Below, one piece after another: positions 58,281 to 64,000 of a DNA stretch of 64,000 nt. Both the position numbers and the translations under genes were made by a program. Every line of letters starts with the position of its first letter. The first letter of the stretch is position 1. The notes under the pieces were generated by a model that worked only from the letters and a program-made list of their open reading frames with translations, did not search any database and was not told where the DNA came from. The DNA comes from a virus, in the IMG/VR virus record IMGVR_UViG_3300021479_000010, positions 32,207 through 96,206 of that record. One strand, given 5' to 3'.

Positions 58281-59046
58281 ATTTTCTTAATTTCCACAAT
58301 TTTTTCATAGTCTCACTTCTTTTTCTCTTAGTTTCTTCTGATTGTTTTCTACCTGTTCCTGCTATTCGTAATTTTTCCTTATGTGCGTCGGATAGAGGTC
58401 CAACTTTTATTCCTGTGCGTCCTTTACTTATATTATTTCTGTGTTCTTCTGATTTCGGTTTGCCTTTACTTGCGAGGCTCATTTTTAATTTAGCTTCGTC
58501 GGATTGTTTTCTACCTCGGAAATACTCACTAAGCTTCTTTTTCGTTTCTTCCGTAACGATTCTTCGTCGGTTCGCTTCGCCTATTTTTCGTCGAGTTTCC
58601 TCAGAATGAGGACCATGAGATTTACCAATTCTCACTTCGCTCATTCGTTGTATTTGTTCGGGTGTTAGTTTTCTACCAGACATCAATTTACTAATTTTAC
58701 TTTTAAATTCCTCTGGATGTTTATAACCGAGGCACCCTTCTCCACCATCGGTTAGATTATAGCCAAACGGAATTCTGGTGTTATGTTCTTTTATTAGAGA
58801 TATTTCCATCTTGTTAAGATTTATCTTAAGCTCTTCTATGGTTTCGGCAGTGACGGTTGTCAGTATTTCTTTTAAAAATCCATTACTACCATATTTTCTA
58901 ATAGCACGAGATAATGGATATTCACCCCCGGCGTTGGCCAAAGCTACGTGCCCCCACCAACGTTCTTCCAGCGAGTTGACGGTTTGTCCGATATAGGACG
59001 TATTTTCAGAAATTACCGTTAATTTGTAAATTATACCTGTAAACAT
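58249..59046 (-). CDS. GIY-YIG homing endonuclease with NUMOD3 repeats
   Basis: GIIYKL..YIGQT; GYNLTDGGEG; repeated SEETRRKI/SEEHR units. Confidence 0.9.
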   Translation of the reverse strand: MFTGIIYKLTVISENTSYIGQTVNSLEERWWGHVALANAGGEYPLSRAIRKYGSNGFLKEILTTVTAETIEELKINLNKMEISLIKEHNTRIPFGYNLTDGGEGCLGYKHPEEFKSKISKLMSGRKLTPEQIQRMSEVRIGKSHGPHSEETRRKIGEANRRRIVTEETKKKLSEYFRGRKQSDEAKLKMSLASKGKPKSEEHRNNISKGRTGIKVGPLSDAHKEKLRIAGTGRKQSEETKRKRSETMKKLWKLRKSTSSHTSEDS

Positions 59047-59076
59047 AAGCAGTATTATACCACATTTTAAGGAAAA

Positions 59077-59544
59077 ATGGCCTACACATTAGGAAACTAT
59101 GGAATCGCGGCACCGGCTCCTCAAACAACGGTAGGTAATGCTCGCTTTGAATCCGTTGTGAAAGCAGAACTTTCTCTCTATGCGTGGCGCGTAGGAAAGG
59201 TCTATGGCGGCCATCAAGCAATGTTGGCTGTTGCCCATTGCATCGCGAACAGACATAAACGTGGGTGGGGGCCGTGGCTCGCAATTATAGAGAGCATTCC
59301 TAAACATTCGGCAACGCTAGAGTCTCCATCCGGAATGCCCAGCGCGTGGGATCGTGATTTTTTAAGACTATTGTCGGAGATCGACCCGATTGTTGATCAG
59401 ACTGCCCGCGATACAACCAATGGTGCGCTGTTCTTCGGAGATTTAAACAATATCACGAATCCTTGGTTCTTGGAAAATATTGCGCGGTCACCCGAGCACC
59501 AACGAGTGGGAGACTGTGCGGGCACGCTAGTGTTCTGGAATTAA
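59077..59544 (+). CDS. SleB/Hydrolase_2-like cell-wall hydrolase
   Basis: AMLAVAHCIANR...DTTNGALFF...LVFW; the catalytic Glu appears to be missing. Confidence 0.6.
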   Translation: MAYTLGNYGIAAPAPQTTVGNARFESVVKAELSLYAWRVGKVYGGHQAMLAVAHCIANRHKRGWGPWLAIIESIPKHSATLESPSGMPSAWDRDFLRLLSEIDPIVDQTARDTTNGALFFGDLNNITNPWFLENIARSPEHQRVGDCAGTLVFWN

Positions 59545-59545
59545 T

Positions 59546-60286
59546 ATGGCTGGTAATTTGCAAGTCCAAGGCGGAAAATTTCAGGACATGGAGGGAAACC
59601 TCCTCGTTAACGGCTATCTGCTTTGGCAGCTCAGTCATGATGAGCTTTACTCCAATACGAATTCCCAAATAGTTGCGGGACTCAAGGTTCGAATGAATCT
59701 TGACAGTAGTGGAAACGTTCCTAGCAATCCTGCAACATTTATTTATGATAATAGTTCGCTAAGTCCCAGTGGATCATTCTATACCGTAAGATGTTTCAAG
59801 AGCGACGGCACCGAAGCATGGAAATCCCCGCAAACTTTTCAGCTCACTACAAGCCCGAATCCATTAGATTTAGGAACATTGATTCCTCTCTCCCCGCCAG
59901 GTGGATTGGTGCAAGGAAGCACCGTAACCCGTGTCGCTTCAATTAATTTTCAAATAGATGGCGGAGGTTCAGTTCCAAGTACCGGAACTAAAGGGCAAAT
60001 TTCTATTCCAACTTCGTCTACTTTGACTGGCTGGGTAATCACAGCGGATCAAACCGGCTCCGCAGTTGTGGATATCCTTAAAAGTTCTTATGCTTCTTTT
60101 CCGACCACTTCGTCTATTGCGGGGACCGATAAACCGACGCTATCCTCGGCTAGAAAAAACGAGGACCTCGCATTAACTGGCTGGGGTTCTACTGCGATTA
60201 CGGCTGGCGATATTGTGCAATTCGCCCTCAATTCCGTAACCACAGTTACATTTATTGATGTAACTTTGAATGTAACGATTCCGTAA
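59546..60286 (+). CDS. Tail fibre/spike-like protein
   Basis: N-terminal domain shared with 61012-62052; C-terminal IDGGG...ADQTGSAVVDI module. Confidence 0.7.
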   Translation: MAGNLQVQGGKFQDMEGNLLVNGYLLWQLSHDELYSNTNSQIVAGLKVRMNLDSSGNVPSNPATFIYDNSSLSPSGSFYTVRCFKSDGTEAWKSPQTFQLTTSPNPLDLGTLIPLSPPGGLVQGSTVTRVASINFQIDGGGSVPSTGTKGQISIPTSSTLTGWVITADQTGSAVVDILKSSYASFPTTSSIAGTDKPTLSSARKNEDLALTGWGSTAITAGDIVQFALNSVTTVTFIDVTLNVTIP

Positions 60287-61008
60287 TGTCTTGGTCTCTA
60301 ATACAATCCGCAGTTAGTACGACAGCTACGCATACCGGATCGGGCGGAACGCTCACGGCGACCGCAAATTTTGGGTCCAATACAACGTCAGGGAATCTTC
60401 TAGTATTATGCAATTTTACCCAATGTACCGGAGATACCCCTACATTCGGCGCTATATCGATTACTGGAAGTGGCCTGACTTGGAATACTAGAGGGGCGTG
60501 GACGAATTCTCATACTACAAGTGTCATTTGGAAAGGTTCTGGTGTATTTTCGTTCGTGAATAGCGCGGCTTCTATTTCCTCGGGGACGACGATTTCTGTC
60601 AGTTCAACTATCGGGGCGGGAACGCTGACACATACAGATAATCTTCAATTTGTGCTATTTGAGTTTTCAGGCAATACATCGAGTGCGACATATCTAGATG
60701 GCGGGGGGACAAACATCGGAACTTCGTCTATCCCAGATGCGGGGGCGACCGGCAACACGGCATCAAATGAGTTAGTCGTTACCGGATTTGTGGGAAACAC
60801 GGGATCAAGCGGGGTGCCTTCTGGTTTTAGTGCCGGACCATCAGTATCGGGTATTTCATTCGGCGGGGTCGCGTATCTTCTCAACGCCGGATTAAATCCA
60901 TCGGTTACGTGGTCGAGCGGTAGTCAAGGTAAATGGGCGGCAGGAGCCCACACCATCTTCGGCGCAACAGCAACAAGCAGAACTTATGTTTCTACTTTCG
61001 GATTCTAA
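60286..61008 (+). CDS. Ser/Thr/Gly-rich virion protein
   Basis: Composition; TSGNLLV...FEFSG. Confidence 0.65.
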   Translation: MSWSLIQSAVSTTATHTGSGGTLTATANFGSNTTSGNLLVLCNFTQCTGDTPTFGAISITGSGLTWNTRGAWTNSHTTSVIWKGSGVFSFVNSAASISSGTTISVSSTIGAGTLTHTDNLQFVLFEFSGNTSSATYLDGGGTNIGTSSIPDAGATGNTASNELVVTGFVGNTGSSGVPSGFSAGPSVSGISFGGVAYLLNAGLNPSVTWSSGSQGKWAAGAHTIFGATATSRTYVSTFGF

Positions 61009-61011
61009 TTA

Positions 61012-62052
61012 ATGTCACCAACCGGGCAAGTACAAGTCGAAGGTGGGGCGTTTGTTGACTTTGAGGGAAACCCTCTTAGTTTCGGAACTCTTGTCGTCGA
61101 ACTCAGCCATGATGAGAATTTAGCGAGCGTTCCCGAACAAATTGTAGGTGGTCTTAAGCGAACAATTACGCTTGATGTAAATGGTAATATTCCGTCAAAT
61201 CCTCCTACGTACCTATTTGTAAATAGCTTAATTGCGCCCGCGAACAGCTATTATATTGTACGGGGTTTTTCCGCATCCGGACAACAAGTCTACGGCCCGC
61301 AATATTATACAATTCCCAATACGGACCCATATAATATAGGTCTTATTGTGCCGGTTAATCCTCCCGGAGCTGGATTACCTCTAGGCGGGAGCGCGACAGT
61401 CACCAGCGTCGCCCTGACGATGCCCGCTGAATTCTCCGTTTCGGGCTCTCCGATTACGACTTCCGGCACATTAGCCGTTACTAAGGCGAATGAATCGGCC
61501 AATCTGGTATTTGCGGGGCCGACTTCCGGAGCCGCCGCGCAACCTACATTTAGATCACTCGTAGGTGCAGACCTTCCTTCTTTTAGCGGCGGAGCTTTTG
61601 TTGACTACGTAGATTCGGGGTCAAGTGTATTATCTGTAACTGCTAATTCTATTTTAATACTACCAATAACTATACCTTTTGCGATAACATTCAGTACGAT
61701 GGCTTGGATCTTAAACGCCCAAGATGGCTCAAATTTATATGACTTTGGAATTTATAATTTGTCCGGAACCAGACAATGTCATACTGGAGCTATTCACGAA
61801 ACAATAAACGGCGGAGGTCAATCTCAATTTGCATCCGTTGGTAGCACGACTCTATCTGCTGGAACTTATCTTTGGGCACACACGGGTAACGCGACAACTG
61901 CTAATGTTTTCTATTCTGTGGGAGTAACAAATACACTATTATATTTTTCCACAGCAACTACTTCATCAGGAGGGGTTTTACCTAGTAGTATAACTGTAGC
62001 TACGTCGGTAACAACTGGTACGAATAACCGACCAACGTTTATCTTATACTAG
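61012..62052 (+). CDS. Tail fibre protein
   Basis: VTSVALTMP..FSVSGSPITTSGTLAV...ANLVFAGPTSG...PTFRSLV.ADLP fibre motif. Confidence 0.75.
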   Translation: MSPTGQVQVEGGAFVDFEGNPLSFGTLVVELSHDENLASVPEQIVGGLKRTITLDVNGNIPSNPPTYLFVNSLIAPANSYYIVRGFSASGQQVYGPQYYTIPNTDPYNIGLIVPVNPPGAGLPLGGSATVTSVALTMPAEFSVSGSPITTSGTLAVTKANESANLVFAGPTSGAAAQPTFRSLVGADLPSFSGGAFVDYVDSGSSVLSVTANSILILPITIPFAITFSTMAWILNAQDGSNLYDFGIYNLSGTRQCHTGAIHETINGGGQSQFASVGSTTLSAGTYLWAHTGNATTANVFYSVGVTNTLLYFSTATTSSGGVLPSSITVATSVTTGTNNRPTFILY

Positions 62053-62070
62053 AAAAAGGAGAACTAACAA

Positions 62071-62466
62071 ATGATGGTATTTGAATATGATGGCGGCGCT
62101 ATCGGAAGTCCGTGGTCACACGATACTTCTGGTGGTTTAAATTCAGGCGTTGCTCTCCCTAAAAGTCTTCTCCGCGTTTCCTTATATGCATACGATGATG
62201 GCAGCGGAAACACCGGGACCATAAATATAAATCTAGCGTGGACGGACAATGGCACCGCTCGTACCACAACTGCTAAAACACTGTCTATTGGTGGGTATAT
62301 TGAAGATGTTACATTAGTAAATTTTATGGATACGAAAATGACAGGCACAACGGACAGAGTAATTGCTGTAAAAGGTACGGGAGCAGGTGGTTGGAACTCC
62401 GGAGTACGCATTGTTCTCGTTGTGGAAAACCTGATTAAAGAAGAAACCCAGTATAGATTGCTCTAG
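62071..62466 (+). CDS. Hypothetical protein
   Basis: AGGAG RBS; 131 aa. Confidence 0.6.
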   Translation: MMVFEYDGGAIGSPWSHDTSGGLNSGVALPKSLLRVSLYAYDDGSGNTGTININLAWTDNGTARTTTAKTLSIGGYIEDVTLVNFMDTKMTGTTDRVIAVKGTGAGGWNSGVRIVLVVENLIKEETQYRLL

Positions 62467-62476
62467 TATAGCAAAA

Positions 62477-62499
62477 GGGGCCGAATCACCTTCGGCCCC
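62477..62499. terminator. Hairpin terminator
   Basis: GGGGCCGAA-TCACC-TTCGGCCCC flanked by A/T-rich sequence. Confidence 0.55.
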
Positions 62500-62575
62500 G
62501 CATTTATTAAAGATTCTACGGCTCTGCAATCCCCCATGCGAGGCCGCTTTGAAAACTCTACTAAAAGGTCTGGCC

Positions 62576-62848
62576 ATGCAAGTTCAAACACCTTTCGCGT
62601 GGCTAGTTGAGCATTTGAATTTGCTCGGCTGGCCCGTTGTCTGTATTGCTGTCTATAAGTTTGCGCGGTTCCTCGATCAAATGCAAACTCGTGCTGCTGT
62701 TGTGGAAGATAATATCAACAACATCGCCAGCAATCATCTTTCGCATATGCAGAATTCCTTAGAATCGATTGATCAGACTTTGAAGCGGCAAGACTCCCGA
62801 TGGGAGGCATACATTACGGCGCAAGCCGCGCATAATAAGAGAGATTAA
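62576..62848 (+). CDS. Holin-like membrane protein
   Basis: Single N-terminal TM segment plus coiled coil (NHLSHMQ). Confidence 0.45.
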   Translation: MQVQTPFAWLVEHLNLLGWPVVCIAVYKFARFLDQMQTRAAVVEDNINNIASNHLSHMQNSLESIDQTLKRQDSRWEAYITAQAAHNKRD

Positions 62849-63471
62849 TGGCTAATCCTAAAACATTTACTAAACAACAGATATCTACCACTTCTGATCA
62901 GGACGCGCTTCAGATCAAGAATGTAGCAGGAACCATCGTCGGTTGGATTGATTCGACGGGGACTGGGCAGGGAAATCTTGCGTCTGGTGGAGGCGGAACT
63001 CCGGGCGGAAGCAATACACAAGTTCAATTTAATGACAGCGGGTCATTTGGGGGCAGTGCAGCATTCATTTTTAATAAAACCAATGGTCAAACCAATATAA
63101 ACGGAGATTTATATTTATCTAGACCCGCTGCTCCGGCGAATACTGCTGCTGAATTTTTTGGAACCGATACGACGTGCTACTTTTTTAGAAATGTAAACGA
63201 TTTTACTTTTCAAGGTCCTGGTAATATTAATTTTAATGGTACAGGTACAGCTGCTTTTGGATCGTCTATTTCTGTCATTTCCACTTCCGGCGTAATTTCT
63301 ATAGGAAAATTTACAGTTGCGGGGTTGCCGACGGGTGCTGAAGGACAAATTGCTTATGCAACAAATGGTAGAAAAGTAGGAGAAGGTGGCGGGTCTGGCA
63401 CCGGAGTTCCGGTTTATTTTTCTAACGGTTCGTGGAGAGTTTATTCAACCGACGCGGCAGTACAAGCGTAA
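62848..63471 (+). CDS. Tail fibre-like protein
   Basis: PGGSNTQVQFNDSGSFGG; C-terminal TVAGLP...AYATNGRK..EG.G.GTGVPVYF. Confidence 0.7.
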   Translation: MANPKTFTKQQISTTSDQDALQIKNVAGTIVGWIDSTGTGQGNLASGGGGTPGGSNTQVQFNDSGSFGGSAAFIFNKTNGQTNINGDLYLSRPAAPANTAAEFFGTDTTCYFFRNVNDFTFQGPGNINFNGTGTAAFGSSISVISTSGVISIGKFTVAGLPTGAEGQIAYATNGRKVGEGGGSGTGVPVYFSNGSWRVYSTDAAVQA

Positions 63472-63499
63472 ATATTTAAATTGTCCACATCTGGACAGA

Positions 63500-63994
63500 C
63501 TATATCTTATTGATGCAAGCAAATTCCCTAAAATATTTAATTGCAGCGTCGTTATAAGCTCGGGCGGCATCAATCTCGTTATCAAAATAACCAAGATGCA
63601 GATTCTTTTTACTTCCATCATTTAGCCAAATGACCGCCCGCCATTTGCCTTTTTGGTAAGTAACTCCTTTAAATTTGGAATGAGTAGCCGATCTAGTTTT
63701 CCTTCTATTCCTTGAATTTTCATGAGCTTTAGAAAGTCGCATATTCTCTTTTCGACAATCCAGTGCATTGTGATTGATATGATCAACGTAGATATCAGGA
63801 TCGGTCACATTCATTATAAACCTATGTAAGCGAATTTCTTTTCTCTGTCCTGGACTTATGTACTGCCCGCGATGGGCATAAATCATTCGGCTATGCGGCG
63901 CGATTAGCACCGACCAGTTAAACTGCGACACCCTTTCGTAATCCTCGTCGTCAACGAGCGCCTCGTATCCTTGCGTTAATGGTATTAATTTCAT
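63500..63994 (-). CDS. HNH-AP2 homing endonuclease
   Basis: LHRFIM..VDHINHNALDCRKENMR; DAARAYNDAAIKYFREFA. Confidence 0.9.
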   Translation of the reverse strand: MKLIPLTQGYEALVDDEDYERVSQFNWSVLIAPHSRMIYAHRGQYISPGQRKEIRLHRFIMNVTDPDIYVDHINHNALDCRKENMRLSKAHENSRNRRKTRSATHSKFKGVTYQKGKWRAVIWLNDGSKKNLHLGYFDNEIDAARAYNDAAIKYFREFACINKI

Positions 63995-64000
63995 GAAATA

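Larger units (their letters stand above)
1074..63497. promoter_or_regulatory. Dispersed 16-bp palindromic site TGTCCR-N4-YGGACA (more than 20 copies)
   Basis: Perfect arms at 1074, 4883, 5749, 12824, 35801 and 63482; 1-2 mismatch copies at 5069, 7857, 8331, 8738, 10882, 21426, 22390, 25351, 36113, 38771, 41816, 53058, 53327, 55609 and 61268. Confidence 0.7.

Noticed and set aside
57423-59046. Group I intron carrying the HNH/GIY-YIG genes
   Set aside because: The flanking genes appear complete, the endonucleases are antisense with their own promoter-like sequences, and no intron core was recognised.
59546-63471. Diversity-generating retroelement or invertible tail-fibre shufflon
   Set aside because: No reverse transcriptase, no adenine-mismatched TR/VR pair, and no invertase or inverted crossover sites were seen.
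1-64000. Alternative genetic code (stop-codon reassignment)
   Set aside because: Large genes are intact under code 11, and TAA, TAG and TGA are all used as real stops.

Overview
A 64-kb segment of a tailed dsDNA phage with podovirus-like organisation; the host may be an Acidobacterium (weak inference). Left to right it holds: (1) the 5' end of a family-A DNA polymerase; (2) a divergently transcribed early/accessory region of about 35 small genes (1-13.5 kb); (3) an eight-gene nucleotide-sugar/glycosyltransferase/methyltransferase operon (15.4-22.9 kb); and (4) a long late region with terminase, portal, scaffold, N4-gp56-type major capsid, adaptor/nozzle, ejection proteins, tail fibres, a SleB-like protein and a holin-like protein. 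Nine free-standing homing-endonuclease-like genes and one atypical tRNA-His are interspersed. The strongest unexplained signals are: about 16 imperfect 13-7-13 bp inverted-repeat sites at junctions between small accessory genes, resembling a recombinase-delimited cassette array; the glycan-building operon paired with very Ser/Thr-rich virion proteins, suggesting virion glycosylation; a dispersed 16-bp TGTCC-N6-GGACA site; strong over-representation of CCNCGCA; and repeated CGGATT-loop hairpins in late leaders. All calls come from motif recognition by eye, with no database searches.
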